Assembly (NCBI GenBank): GCA_965237905.1
Contig: OZ250172.1
Span: 1,024,001 to 1,088,000 of the forward strand
From: Nitrospinaceae bacterium
GTDB taxonomy: Bacteria; Nitrospinota; Nitrospinia; Nitrospinales; Nitrospinaceae
Length of the DNA stretch: 64,000 nucleotides
Direction: 5' to 3'
Made by a program: the position numbers and the translations under genes. Of this stretch, positions 1 through 10,385 are shown piece by piece. The stretch's first letter is position 1. Each line of letters begins with the position of its first letter. The notes beneath the pieces were generated by a model. The model was not told where the DNA came from and made no database searches. It worked only from the letters and a program-made list of their open reading frames with translations.

Positions 1-300
1 GAGGTTTCATTTGCTGTGGTATTGGCAACCCCAGATGACGAGGGCTTTAAGGTGGGTCACAGCGATGAAAAGGCTTTTCGGGCTAGGCAAAATGTTGTGC
101 TGGAGACAGGCATGATGCTAGCTCTTTTAGGTCGGGCAAAGGTAGCAATCCTTTTAAAGGATCAAGAGAAGATGGAACGCCCCTCAGATATACAGGGATT
201 AATATATATACCTTTTAAGGATCGTGTGGAAGACGGCAAATTGCTTTTGGCAAAAGAGTTAAATGCTCAAGGAATAAATATCGATGTAGATAAAATTTAA
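1..300 (+). CDS. TIR-like nucleotide-binding domain protein (Cap12/Pycsar-type TIR family), 5'-truncated by window
   Basis: Frame open from base 1; FAVVLATPDD, RARQNVVLETG and ERPSDIQGLIYIPF motifs typical of this family. Confidence 0.8.
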   Translation, partial: EVSFAVVLATPDDEGFKVGHSDEKAFRARQNVVLETGMMLALLGRAKVAILLKDQEKMERPSDIQGLIYIPFKDRVEDGKLLLAKELNAQGINIDVDKI

Positions 301-370
301 TCCCCTTAATTGGTATATGGTCATTTCACAAGTTTAAAGCTTATCTACTGATTAACCTCTAGCATAAAAT

Positions 371-1144
371 ATGAACAATTCAGGTATCATAGATGTCAAC
401 TCGTTTCATTTTCAATTTAAGCCAAGCCAAATAGAATTAATTACAAATCCAAATGCTAAAGATGAAGAATTCAAATTTAGAACAGCGGTTGAACTGTGCC
501 AACATATTGTCAGTAATTGGGATAATGAAAATACCCGTTTTCAGAGAGAGATTGATGCATTCCTAACAAACGATCCGACATATCAAGTTTGGAATAAAAC
601 CAAAACTCTATTAAAAGATGCACCGGCATATAAAGTTTATCGTGGGGATAGCAAAAGATTACATGAGGCAACCAATACTCTTATCAATGGAAACCAATTA
701 TCTCCCTCAGACTATGAGTTAATTGAGTCCCTTCAGAAAGAAATATATTCGTCAAAGGTCTGTTTGAAAAAAGGTCAGACTGTTTTTCATGGGATGGGCA
801 TTTCTAAAACGTCTAAATGGAAATCGAATTTAACCATACCCGAATTTCTCTCGACCACCCTAAACCCCATAGTGGCGTTTTCTCATGCAACTCGAAAATC
901 TGGAAATTTTGGTGAGGTGGGATTTGATTTACAACCAACGATATTAATTATTAAAATGAAAATCGATTCATCAACGATTTTGGGTATGGGTAAGTATAAA
1001 CATGAGCAAGAGCTATTATTAAATTGCGGTGCTCAAATTTCTGTTTGTCAGACCCAAAATTTTCAGGTGGTAAATAAATCTTGGGGTTTTGATATTTACG
1101 AAATTGAGCTAACAGGTTTTGCTGAAATTTTCAATTCTGATTAA
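371..1144 (+). CDS. ADP-ribosyltransferase exoenzyme-like protein
   Basis: Ordered motifs TVFHG, FLSTTLNPIVAFSHA and HEQELLLNCG match the R-STS-ExE ART pattern, with His in place of Arg; AT-rich. Confidence 0.65.
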   Translation: MNNSGIIDVNSFHFQFKPSQIELITNPNAKDEEFKFRTAVELCQHIVSNWDNENTRFQREIDAFLTNDPTYQVWNKTKTLLKDAPAYKVYRGDSKRLHEATNTLINGNQLSPSDYELIESLQKEIYSSKVCLKKGQTVFHGMGISKTSKWKSNLTIPEFLSTTLNPIVAFSHATRKSGNFGEVGFDLQPTILIIKMKIDSSTILGMGKYKHEQELLLNCGAQISVCQTQNFQVVNKSWGFDIYEIELTGFAEIFNSD

Positions 1145-1162
1145 ATAAACTTATCCTCAAGC

Positions 1163-1666
1163 ATGAACCATATCCACAGTTTTCCTCCAATTTCCGATAA
1201 GGATTCACGGGTACTTATTCTGGGGAGTATGCCGGGTAAAGAGTCGTTAGTGAATAACGAATATTATGCCCACTCCAGAAATTCATTCTGGCGAATTATG
1301 GGGGAAATATTAGAAATTCCTGAGGGAATATCCTATGTGGATAAAACCAAGGCCTTGCTGAATGGGGAAATAGCCTTGTGGGACGTTCTTAAAGCTTGTA
1401 CTCGGGAATCAAGTTTGGACTCTGATATCGTTGAATCTTCTATTATCTGCAATGACTTTAATAAGTTTTATGAATCCCACCACTACGTATCCAAGGTCTT
1501 TTTTAATGGAGCAAAGGCGGAAGCCCTGTATATGAAATACGTTCATCCTGATCTGCCTGATGAATCCAGAGACATCCAATATGTCAGACTACCATCAACA
1601 AGCCCGGCAAATGCCAGACAGACACTGAACGCAAAAATTGACGCATGGCGAGTAATAGTAGGTTGA
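1163..1666 (+). CDS. DNA-deoxyinosine (hypoxanthine) glycosylase, UDG superfamily
   Basis: VLILGSMPG, YYAHSRNSFW, IALWDV and LPSTSPANA motifs. Confidence 0.85.
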   Translation: MNHIHSFPPISDKDSRVLILGSMPGKESLVNNEYYAHSRNSFWRIMGEILEIPEGISYVDKTKALLNGEIALWDVLKACTRESSLDSDIVESSIICNDFNKFYESHHYVSKVFFNGAKAEALYMKYVHPDLPDESRDIQYVRLPSTSPANARQTLNAKIDAWRVIVG

Positions 1667-1694
1667 TTGATCTGATTATCTAAAAAGAGTTTTG

Positions 1695-1714
1695 TGGGGC
1701 ACTCTTGGGGCACT
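1695..1714. repeat. TGGGGCACT direct repeat (x2), possible integrase arm-type site
   Basis: Copies at 1695-1703 and 1706-1714, about 140 bp beyond the tRNA 3' end. Confidence 0.4.
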
Positions 1715-1849
1715 AGGGAGCAAAATAAGACGGTTTCCCACCAAAAGAGACATATTAATTAATTCAATTAATCCTCCCTCCTACCGCCTATTATACGCCT
1801 ATTAATAGAAAGTGGGCTACGGGACTAGGCCCGTAATCTATTGTTTTAT

Positions 1850-1925
1850 TGGTGGGCCGTCACGGGATCGAACCGTGGACCTACTGATTAAGAGTCAGTT
1901 GCTCTACCAGTTGAGCTAACGGCCC
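1850..1925 (-). tRNA. tRNA-Lys (CTT)
   Basis: Reverse complement GGGCCGTTAGCTCAACTGGTAGAGCAACTGACT-CTT-AATCAGTAGGTCCACGGTTCGATCCCGTGACGGCCCACCA; cloverleaf with encoded CCA. Confidence 0.97.
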
Positions 1926-2141
1926 ACCTTTAATTGTTCCTTATTATATGGAGCATAAATTAGCATGCTCCCAAGGGGGAGTCAATATGGCCTCCTCCTG
2001 CGTTCCACCGTCGGCTCTCTCTCCTACCCCCCTCCTATAATGTGCGTCCCTTGCATTCCGAATAAGGTAGAAAATGTATTCATTATATATAAACAGACTG
2101 CGCGCTCCCGACACAATCACCCGCTACCGGGAACTCTTACC

Positions 2142-2483
2142 CTATAAAAAATTTAACAGCTTCATCTGCCCCATGGCGATCAGGTTGCACAAACCTCCCA
2201 GGACCAACGAAGCAAATAAATAAAGGAACGCCTTGCTTCGGTCAATCCGTATTTGCACAATATCTGCCAACAGCCCCAGCCCCATCAGGCCGAAAAAGAG
2301 TACCTGCTGGATCTTCAATAAAATATCCTCACCTTCCAGCGGCTCCCCTTCCCGTATCCCGGGAAAGCGGTATTCATTGTAGAAACAGGCCGCATACAGC
2401 CCGACCAGGAAGAAAACCCATATCTTTTTCAATAAGATAAGGGTTTCTTCCACCCGGGGTTCTTTGATTGGATCATTTTCCAT
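2142..2483 (-). CDS. hypothetical membrane protein
   Basis: 113 aa with three hydrophobic segments. Confidence 0.6.
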   Translation of the reverse strand: MENDPIKEPRVEETLILLKKIWVFFLVGLYAACFYNEYRFPGIREGEPLEGEDILLKIQQVLFFGLMGLGLLADIVQIRIDRSKAFLYLFASLVLGGLCNLIAMGQMKLLNFL

Positions 2484-2745
2484 GGCTACGGCCAGCGGGC
2501 TCCGTCAATTTTTAAAATCTTCCTCTTTACTGTGGCATCTAATTTGGTATAACTTACATAAAATCAGATTTAAAGCTGAGATATGACGCGGAGGGTCCTG
2601 GACTCAGGGGGGACCGGCATTCCCCGTTTTTGTTTTTATGAAAGTTGCCCCCCTTATTCAGACCACTAGTTCAAAAACACAGGCTTCCATTCAAGATTCT
2701 ACACTATTTTTCAGTGTTAACATTCAGGAGAAAGGATCAAGCATC

Positions 2746-3381
2746 ATGGCTATCAGACTAGGAGACGAAGCACCCAATTTTACCGCCGACACCACTGAAG
2801 GGAAAATTGATTTCCATCAATGGCTGGGCGACGGCTGGGGAGTGTTATTTTCCCATCCCAAAGATTACACCCCGGTTTGCACTACCGAACTGGGCCGTGT
2901 GGCTAATTTGAAACAGGAATTCGAAAAAAGAAAGGTGAAAGTTCTCGCCCTCAGCGTGGATTCTGTCGACGACCACAAAGGATGGATCAAGGATATTAAC
3001 GAAACCCAGAGTTGTACCGTTAATTATCCGATCATTGCCGATCCCGACAAAAAAGTGGCGAAGTTGTACGATATGATCCACCCCAACGCGCTGAATAACC
3101 TGACCGTGCGTTCGGTTTTCGTCATCGGTCCGGATAAACAGGTAAAACTCACCCTGACCTATCCGGCCTCCACCGGCCGCAATTTTGACGAGCTGTTACG
3201 GGTGATCGATTCCCTGCAGTTGACCGCCAATTATCAGGTGGCCACCCCGGTGGACTGGAAACACGGTGAGGATTGCGTGGTGGTTCCCGCAATCAAAACG
3301 GAAGATATTCCGGCGAAGTTCCCGAAGGGGCATAAGGTCATCAAGCCCTATCTGCGGACCACGCCGCAACCGAATCTCTAA
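2746..3381 (+). CDS. 1-Cys peroxiredoxin (Prx6 family)
   Basis: FSHPKDYTPVCTTELG and TGRNFDELLR; ATG at 2746 follows AGGA. Confidence 0.93.
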   Translation: MAIRLGDEAPNFTADTTEGKIDFHQWLGDGWGVLFSHPKDYTPVCTTELGRVANLKQEFEKRKVKVLALSVDSVDDHKGWIKDINETQSCTVNYPIIADPDKKVAKLYDMIHPNALNNLTVRSVFVIGPDKQVKLTLTYPASTGRNFDELLRVIDSLQLTANYQVATPVDWKHGEDCVVVPAIKTEDIPAKFPKGHKVIKPYLRTTPQPNL

Positions 3382-3392
3382 AATGTTCCAAG

Positions 3393-3428
3393 GTTTGGAG
3401 GGCGGGTTGCCCTCCAAACTTTTCTTTT
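3393..3428 (+). terminator. intrinsic terminator
   Basis: GTTTGGAGGGCG/TGCCCTCCAAAC stem followed by a T-rich tract. Confidence 0.7.
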
Positions 3429-3492
3429 CCCCTGCTCCGTGCTATTCTGGCCTCGAATTTAATTCCCATCTTAAATTAAGATTTAGCCCATC

Positions 3493-4344
3493 ATGAACCC
3501 AAACGCACAGCCTCCTGAAATTTCATCTCTGATTCGCCTGCTGGACGACCGCGACCCGTATGTGACCGACCAGGTTGGCAACCGTTTGGTGGAATTGGGA
3601 ATCGAAGCGGTGCCTTTTTTGGAGATGGCCAGCCGTGGAGAAAACCTGACCCTTAAAACCCGAGCACTGGGAATTTTGGAAAGGATTGCTCCCCGGCAAC
3701 TGGCAGATACCTTTCGCAGTCTTTCACGGACCCCGGACGATATTGATCTGGAAAAGGGTGTTCTCCTGCTCATGCAGTTTGGCCATCCGTCCGCCGACCC
3801 GGAACAGATTCATCAACAACTGGATCAACTGGCGGAAGGTCTGGCTCCGAAGATCAAACTGGAAGAACCCGCCACCCAGATTCTTGGACAATTGACGAAT
3901 TATCTGTTTCGTCAACACGGGATTCATGGCAATCAGGACAACTATATCGATCCGGACAACAGCTATTTCGACACGGTGCTTAAAAATAAAACCGGCCTTC
4001 CTATCGCCCTCTCCGTATTGTGCATTTTAATTGGACAGCGCTTGCAAATTCCGATCGTCGGCATCGGCCTGCCCTATCATTTTATCGCCAAGTACAATTC
4101 GGCGGCCGATCCGATCTTCTTTGATCCCTTTCACCGGGGCCGCGTTCTGACTCCCGAAAAATGCTCGGAAATGGTTCAGGGATTCGGCGTCCAGTTTGAA
4201 GATCACTACCTGTTTCCGGTCACCCACCGGGAAATTCTGACACGCATGATCCAAAACCTCGTCAATATCTACCAGAAATTGGACGAGCCGGCAAAGGTGA
4301 TCTCCCTCAAAGAGTATTCACAAATTTTGATGGGTCAAAAATAA
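3493..4344 (+). CDS. SirB1/transglutaminase-like domain protein
   Basis: GNQDNYIDPDNSYFDTVL, GLPIALSVL, GIGLPYHF and FFDPFHRG motifs. Confidence 0.85.
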   Translation: MNPNAQPPEISSLIRLLDDRDPYVTDQVGNRLVELGIEAVPFLEMASRGENLTLKTRALGILERIAPRQLADTFRSLSRTPDDIDLEKGVLLLMQFGHPSADPEQIHQQLDQLAEGLAPKIKLEEPATQILGQLTNYLFRQHGIHGNQDNYIDPDNSYFDTVLKNKTGLPIALSVLCILIGQRLQIPIVGIGLPYHFIAKYNSAADPIFFDPFHRGRVLTPEKCSEMVQGFGVQFEDHYLFPVTHREILTRMIQNLVNIYQKLDEPAKVISLKEYSQILMGQK

Positions 4345-4366
4345 AAGGGTTGCTGACCGGCTCCGG

Positions 4367-5527
4367 TCAGGAAATTCCGATCCCGTTGCTGGATTGGGAT
4401 TGTCGCTCAAGCTGCTTGGTGAGAATGATCTCCCGCAGGCGTTCCAGAATGAAATCCGCCAGATCTGCCACGGTACGAATCACCTTGGGTTGGCTGAAAA
4501 TCTTTTTCGCTTCGGAAGTAAACTCATTGTCCACAACCGAGTTGACCAATTCATTCACGTTACGAATGTTTTCAGGATTCACCGCCGCGTTTTCTTGTGC
4601 AAACAAGTCGCTGGACGGAGCGGGTCCCGGCTGCGGTCCCGATGCGGGTTGTGGGTTGGATGAACCGGACGCCAACTGACGACTCGTCCCTTCAGGTGGA
4701 GCAATGGCCCCCTCTGGATTAACGGTTTGGGCCTGGAGCCCTTCCTGTCCCTGATTGTTTGGAGATACGGCATCAGGCTGACTGACCGGAGTTTCCACAC
4801 GGGCGTGTTCACCTGCTTGTGCGTTCTGCAGTGCCGGACTGGCGGCGGTCACCGTAAAATCTCTATTCGAAGTTTCAGGCGGCTCTGCCACTGTCACCGG
4901 GTTGTCCACATTCGTATGCTCACGCGCTTGCGCGTTCTGCAATGCCGGACTCGCGGTAATCACCGGATTATTAGGCTCGGCTCCATTCGTGATTCTTTCT
5001 ACTGAAATGAGATTTTCTGAGGCGGGAACCCCTCCAACCAAATCTTCATTCGGTAGGGACACATTAGCGATCACCCCATCCTCTATCCCTGGAAGGCTGA
5101 GTGTTTCCACCACAGCCTGCTCCACGCTGGAGGTCAAATCCCGAATCGCTTCAGGATTCGATGCCACCACGGTCGCGGCATTCTCAGCTTGCTCCAAACC
5201 GGGTTGGCTCAAGAAGTCAGATACCGCTGTCCGGACCTTTCCTGCCAGATCCTGAATCGCGCCCAACTCATCAGAGTTCAATCCATCCCCGACCACCGCT
5301 GAATAGGCAGAAGCCGCCCGTGCCACTGATGAGATTTCCGGAGTGACCGGGTCTTGGCTCTGCTCCGGTGAATCCTCCAACGGAGGAGGCGCAGGATTTC
5401 CCGGTGCAGGCACAGGGTTCCCTTTCAATGCCTTAAGCTGAGCATTGGCAGAAACCGAAGCTCTCACTTGGGAAAGTGAGGCTTGCCGGACCGGGTTCGC
5501 AATTTCGTTTAAAACTTGAATATCCAT
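4367..5527 (-). CDS. hypothetical low-complexity protein with internal 37-aa repeat
   Basis: 386-aa Pro/Ala/Ser/Asn-rich ORF; ASPALQNAQA(R/G)EH occurs twice, 37 aa apart. Confidence 0.7.
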   Translation of the reverse strand: MDIQVLNEIANPVRQASLSQVRASVSANAQLKALKGNPVPAPGNPAPPPLEDSPEQSQDPVTPEISSVARAASAYSAVVGDGLNSDELGAIQDLAGKVRTAVSDFLSQPGLEQAENAATVVASNPEAIRDLTSSVEQAVVETLSLPGIEDGVIANVSLPNEDLVGGVPASENLISVERITNGAEPNNPVITASPALQNAQAREHTNVDNPVTVAEPPETSNRDFTVTAASPALQNAQAGEHARVETPVSQPDAVSPNNQGQEGLQAQTVNPEGAIAPPEGTSRQLASGSSNPQPASGPQPGPAPSSDLFAQENAAVNPENIRNVNELVNSVVDNEFTSEAKKIFSQPKVIRTVADLADFILERLREIILTKQLERQSQSSNGIGIS

Positions 5528-5585
5528 TGATTCCTAAGCCTTTTAATTAACAGAACAAGGCGGATTTGGGTTTTTCCTGATATCT

Positions 5586-5612
5586 TTATCGGCAGAATTA
5601 CCCGAAACCTGA
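5586..5612 (-). promoter_or_regulatory. sigma28 (FliA) promoter
   Basis: Minus strand TCAG-N15-GCCGATAA, 59 bp upstream of the 5527 start. Confidence 0.65.
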
Positions 5613-5746
5613 GCCGGTTTATTGAAAAAACCCAAAGACCAACCCTTTATTTTATGGGAATTTAGGAGTAAATCAGGACAAGCCGTTGATTTATCGGCAT
5701 GTTGAACCGCCTAACAAAAATGATCCGGATAACCCATGGTTTGAAT

Positions 5747-6292
5747 TTAATTTGAATCGGGGAGCACAGCCTTTTCAAAGGTAGGATTATTTTGGTCCTT
5801 TTCCGAAAGAACGGGGTCTTCGATCGGCCATTCGATTCCCACCTTGGGATCGTTCCAGATCAGGCCGCCTTCATCCTCCGGGTAATAAAAATCGGAGCAC
5901 TTGTACATGAAGTCCGCAGTGTCGCTGGTCACACAATAGCCGTGGGCAAAGCCGGTGGGCACGAACAACTGATGCTTGTTTTTTGAGGAAAGAGCGTATC
6001 CGTCCCACTGCCCAAACGTGGGAGAATTTTTACGAAGGTCGACCACCACATCGAACACCTCGCCCTCAGGCACCCAGACCAGCTTGGCCTGACCGTGCTT
6101 GATCTGGTAATGCATACCCCTTAAAATACCGCGGGTGGAGCGGGCATAATTGTCCTGAACAAGTTCCACGTCAATCCCATGATCCCTGTACCGGTCCCGG
6201 TTATAGGTCTCGAGAAAAAAACCGCGCGGGTCTTCAAAAACCCGGGGTTTGATGAGATAGACTCCTTGCAAACGCGATTCGGTCACTTTCAT
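5747..6292 (-). CDS. rfbC: dTDP-4-dehydrorhamnose 3,5-epimerase
   Basis: DPRGFFLE, LRGMHYQ and VPTGFAHG motifs. Confidence 0.95.
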   Translation of the reverse strand: MKVTESRLQGVYLIKPRVFEDPRGFFLETYNRDRYRDHGIDVELVQDNYARSTRGILRGMHYQIKHGQAKLVWVPEGEVFDVVVDLRKNSPTFGQWDGYALSSKNKHQLFVPTGFAHGYCVTSDTADFMYKCSDFYYPEDEGGLIWNDPKVGIEWPIEDPVLSEKDQNNPTFEKAVLPDSN

Positions 6293-6460
6293 AAACCGTC
6301 CTATTCTCTTTCAGGGCCCAAAGTTGGATGATTCTAACCTAAAAAGCCGCGGATTGGCATCCGGTTTTTATTTCAGGAGTCATTGACACCCCCCTCCAGC
6401 CCCCCTTATAATTCTCCGGCTTATCACATACAATGAAGTTTCAAAGGAAGGACCGGTAGA

Positions 6461-7195
6461 GTGAAAATTATTCCCGCAGTGGATATCAAAGGCGGCCAAT
6501 GCGTCCGCCTGACCCAGGGCAAAGAGGATCAGGAAACCGTTTATTCAGACGATCCCCAGGCCATGGCCCAACATTGGGATGAGCAGGGCGCCCAACTCAT
6601 TCATGTGGTGGATCTGGACGGCGCCTTCCAGGGTCTGCCAAAAAACGCCAGCATCATCAAAGACATCATATACAGCAGTACTGTGGATATCCAAGTGGGG
6701 GGAGGCATTCGTTCCATTGAAGCGATTGCTTCCTATATAAACGCCGGTGCCTACCGGGTCATTCTGGGCACCATCGCTCACGAGGAACCGGCCTTTGTGG
6801 CAGAGGCCTGCAAACAATTCCCGGGGAAAATCATGATCGGCATCGATGCCCAAGACGGAAAAGTCGCCGTCAAAGGCTGGACGGAGGTTTCGGAGCAAAA
6901 AGCCGCCGACCTCGCCAAAACCATGGAACCGTTGGGTGTCGCGGGTTTTATTTTCACAGACATCAGCCGGGACGGTATGTTGCAGGGACCCAACCTCGAC
7001 AGCATCCGGCAATTTGCCCAGGCCACTTCCCTGCCCATCATCGCGTCCGGCGGCATCAGCGGAATACAGGATGTGGTCAGCCTTCTCTCTCTCCAATCCG
7101 AAGGCATCGAAGGCATGATCACTGGAAAAGCCCTGTACGACAAGAGGCTCGATTTCAAAGAAGCCTTGAAACAGGTGCGTGACCATGCTGGCTAA
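6461..7195 (+). CDS. hisA: ProFAR isomerase
   Basis: [26 protein letters not shown] and TDISRDG motifs. Confidence 0.95.
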   Translation: MKIIPAVDIKGGQCVRLTQGKEDQETVYSDDPQAMAQHWDEQGAQLIHVVDLDGAFQGLPKNASIIKDIIYSSTVDIQVGGGIRSIEAIASYINAGAYRVILGTIAHEEPAFVAEACKQFPGKIMIGIDAQDGKVAVKGWTEVSEQKAADLAKTMEPLGVAGFIFTDISRDGMLQGPNLDSIRQFAQATSLPIIASGGISGIQDVVSLLSLQSEGIEGMITGKALYDKRLDFKEALKQVRDHAG

Positions 7196-8021
7196 ACGAA
7201 TCATTCCCTGCCTGGATGTCAAAGACGGCCGCGTGGTCAAAGGTGTGCAGTTCGTCAACCTGCGGGATGCGGGCGACCCGGTGGAATGCGCCGCCGCTTA
7301 CGAAGCGGAAGGCGCCGACGAATTGACCTTTCTCGACATCACCGCCTCGCACGAAAAACGTGACATCCTTCTCGACGTGGTGGCACGGACTGCCGAAAAA
7401 GTGTTTATGCCGCTCACCGTTGGCGGTGGCGTGCGCACACTGGAGGACATCCGCAATCTTTTGAAAGCAGGAGCCGATAAGGTGGCCATCAACACCGCCG
7501 CCGTCCACAACCCTGAGTTTGTGCAACAAGCCGCGCAACGGTTCGGAAGTCAATGCATCGTGGTGGCCATCGACGCCAAGCAGGTGGAAACCGCAAGCCC
7601 AGCCATTGATCCGCCGGTCGATTGGAAAGACCATCATCCCGATCTGTTCCAACGCCCTGCCCCGCCCACTCCCACATGGGAAGTGTTCACGCACGGCGGC
7701 CGCAACCCGACCGGGATTCAAGTGATCCGCTGGGCCCAACTCATGGAACAATACGGCGCCGGCGAAATCCTGCTGACCAGCATGGACCGCGACGGCACCA
7801 AACAGGGTTACGACGTGGCGCTCAATTGCGCGGTGTCGGAAGCCACCACCATCCCGGTGATTGCCTCGGGGGGTGCGGGAACGCTGGAACATATGTACGA
7901 GGGAATTGTTGAAGGCAAAGCCGACGCCGTGCTCGCCGCCTCGATTTTCCATTTCAAGGAAATCACCATCCCCGAAACCAAACGCTACCTGGCGGACAAA
8001 GGTATTCCCATCCGGCTTTAA
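7185..8021 (+). CDS. hisF: imidazole glycerol phosphate synthase cyclase subunit
   Basis: [17 protein letters not shown] and [12 protein letters not shown]; carries a Pro-rich insertion. Confidence 0.95.
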   Translation: MLAKRIIPCLDVKDGRVVKGVQFVNLRDAGDPVECAAAYEAEGADELTFLDITASHEKRDILLDVVARTAEKVFMPLTVGGGVRTLEDIRNLLKAGADKVAINTAAVHNPEFVQQAAQRFGSQCIVVAIDAKQVETASPAIDPPVDWKDHHPDLFQRPAPPTPTWEVFTHGGRNPTGIQVIRWAQLMEQYGAGEILLTSMDRDGTKQGYDVALNCAVSEATTIPVIASGGAGTLEHMYEGIVEGKADAVLAASIFHFKEITIPETKRYLADKGIPIRL

Positions 8022-8170
8022 TCCTCCCTTTTTCAGGGGATTTACCTTTTCAGATATTTTGTAACCTCCCAATTTTAATCAATTAACCTTGACTGCCTGC
8101 TGAGAATTGGTTACAAATTTCTTTCTCCAAAAATTGAGTGGCACTTCTGAATATTTTTGAGGACATCCAA

Positions 8171-9196
8171 ATGACTCTTTCGAGAACGCTTATAAAAACA
8201 GTAACTCTTAATATATTTCTCGCGTTGGTGATCGGGATGGGGTTCACTCCCGCCTTCGCTGACAAACTTGAATTCGGTGACGGCAATATTCTGCAGGGCA
8301 CCGTTTCTACCCTTGAAAAAGGGACGCTGATATTTTCTACAGCGTATGCCGAGAAAATTAAAATCCCAGTCGGCCAAATTAAAACCATTTCGACGGATAA
8401 AGCGGTCACCTTAAAAATGACCAACGACTCGATCCTGACGGGCAAACTGATCACGCTGGAAGACGGACGGGTGGCGATCCTCTTGGAACCGGTGGGGGAA
8501 ACCGTTCCCTTCGAGTGGGCCCAGGTTAAGAACATCAACGAACCGCCGGGAAGCTGGACGGGCAGTTTTGCCGCAGGAGGCACGGTTCAAACCGGCAACG
8601 TGGAACGAGCCAGCATCAGTGTCGGATTTGACGCCAGACGAGACTGGGAACACGACCGGTTCCAATTCCGCTTTCTCCACAACTATGCGGAAGACACCGG
8701 CAGTATCACTTCCCGCAATACTTTCGGAGCCATGAAGTTCGACCATTTTTTCACGCAAGATTTTTTCACTAGCCTCAGCTTGGAATTATTGAAAGACGAA
8801 TTCAAGGATCTCAACCTGCGGGCCATCATCGGTCTGGGATTGGGCTACCGGATTTGGAACGATGACGTAAAAACCCTCGAGTTGGAAGGGGGCGTAACAT
8901 TTTTCTCTGAGGATGTGGACTTGGGAACGGACGATCAATTTATCTCTGGCCGGATCGGAGTGACCTATTCCTATAAAATCCTTGAGAACCTGTTGTTCAA
9001 GGACTACATGCTGTACTATCCAAATTTTGAAAAACCCAAGCAGTACCGTCTCCGTAACGAAGCCGCCCTGATTTCACAACTGGGCCAGGGCTGGTCGCTG
9101 AAACTATCCCATATCTTCGACCAAAATTCCAATCCGGCGCCCGGCATTGAGGATAAGGATCAGCAATTTATTTTTGCCCTTCAGTATTCGTTTTAG
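8171..9196 (+). CDS. DUF481-type outer membrane beta-barrel protein
   Basis: Signal peptide (PAFA-D), alternating beta strands, C-terminal YSF. Confidence 0.75.
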   Translation: MTLSRTLIKTVTLNIFLALVIGMGFTPAFADKLEFGDGNILQGTVSTLEKGTLIFSTAYAEKIKIPVGQIKTISTDKAVTLKMTNDSILTGKLITLEDGRVAILLEPVGETVPFEWAQVKNINEPPGSWTGSFAAGGTVQTGNVERASISVGFDARRDWEHDRFQFRFLHNYAEDTGSITSRNTFGAMKFDHFFTQDFFTSLSLELLKDEFKDLNLRAIIGLGLGYRIWNDDVKTLELEGGVTFFSEDVDLGTDDQFISGRIGVTYSYKILENLLFKDYMLYYPNFEKPKQYRLRNEAALISQLGQGWSLKLSHIFDQNSNPAPGIEDKDQQFIFALQYSF

Positions 9197-9294
9197 AAAA
9201 AGCCCTGGGTGGGAATTACAGCAATCAGGGAGTGGCAAAAACAGTGGAGCCAACGTGAGGATCAAGGCCGTCTTCAGAATATTTAAAGCGGGGA

Positions 9295-10248
9295 TCAGCT
9301 CACACCGTTGTTTTTTAAACGGAGCGACTTGGAGGCGGTATCGAGGGTCGCCTCCACCCCCAAGGGAAGGGTCCACATTTCATTGCCATGCCCCACCGGG
9401 CAATGGGTAAGAATAGGGATGGAACTTTTCGGCAATATATCCTGGAAAAGATTATCCAGCCGTTCGCTTTGTCCCTCCCCAAACCGGCAATTGATCATTT
9501 CCCCAAACACAATGCCCTTCACACCGCGGAACTTGCCAGCGCCTTTCAACTGCCACAACATACCGTCGATCCGGTAGGCGGGTTCGTTGACGTCTTCAAT
9601 CAGCAAAATACCGTCACGGCTTTGGATTTCGTAAGGAGTTTTCAGGGAACGGCACAGCAGGGTCAGGCACCCGCCGACGAGTTTGCCCCGAGCGGTTCCT
9701 TCCTGCAGGACGCGGGCCTGGGGTGCCTCCAAATGACCGCCTTCTTTAGCCCCGGTCAGGACCTTGCGGAACTGGGTTTTGGAAATCTTCATGGGCTTGC
9801 ATCCGAAACTGCCCGATACCATCGGCCCGTGGAACGCAACCAGTCCGCATTTCTGAAGCAGGTAGATCAACAGCAGGGTAATGTCGCTGGAGCCCACCAC
9901 CACCTTGGGATTCTTGCGAATAATTTTGGAATCAAGCAAGGGCAGAATGCGGTTGACCCCATAGCCACCGCGGGCGCAGAAGATGGCTTTGATCTCCGGA
10001 TTCTGGAACATCACCATCAGGTCATCCGCCCGGTCTTCATCTTCTCCGGCCAGAAATTGTTTGCGATCATTCACGAATCTTCCAAGAACCGGTTGAAACC
10101 CCATCCCGCGGATTACCGTTAAACCTTCTTCCAAATGTGCCGGGTCGACCGGACCCGCCGGGGCCACCACTCCCACCATATCTCCCTGTTTCAGCTTTTT
10201 AGGGCGTATCAATCGCAGATTTGAGGTTGCCACGGGTTCTCCAGGCAC
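9295..10248 (-). CDS. LD-carboxypeptidase (peptidase S66)
   Basis: CARGGYG, VGSSDIT, LLIEDVNE and PVGHG motifs. Confidence 0.9.
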   Translation of the reverse strand: MPGEPVATSNLRLIRPKKLKQGDMVGVVAPAGPVDPAHLEEGLTVIRGMGFQPVLGRFVNDRKQFLAGEDEDRADDLMVMFQNPEIKAIFCARGGYGVNRILPLLDSKIIRKNPKVVVGSSDITLLLIYLLQKCGLVAFHGPMVSGSFGCKPMKISKTQFRKVLTGAKEGGHLEAPQARVLQEGTARGKLVGGCLTLLCRSLKTPYEIQSRDGILLIEDVNEPAYRIDGMLWQLKGAGKFRGVKGIVFGEMINCRFGEGQSERLDNLFQDILPKSSIPILTHCPVGHGNEMWTLPLGVEATLDTASKSLRLKNNGVS

Positions 10249-10385
10249 AAAAGTTTCAGAATATTACCTTACCATTATAACCCCATAACTGATTGATTTT
10301 TTTAGATATTAAGAAGTGCTGGCAGGAAGGAGCCCGGTTTGAATTGAGAAAATGTTCTTCCGGAGATTTTTTTTCTACAAAGCGC

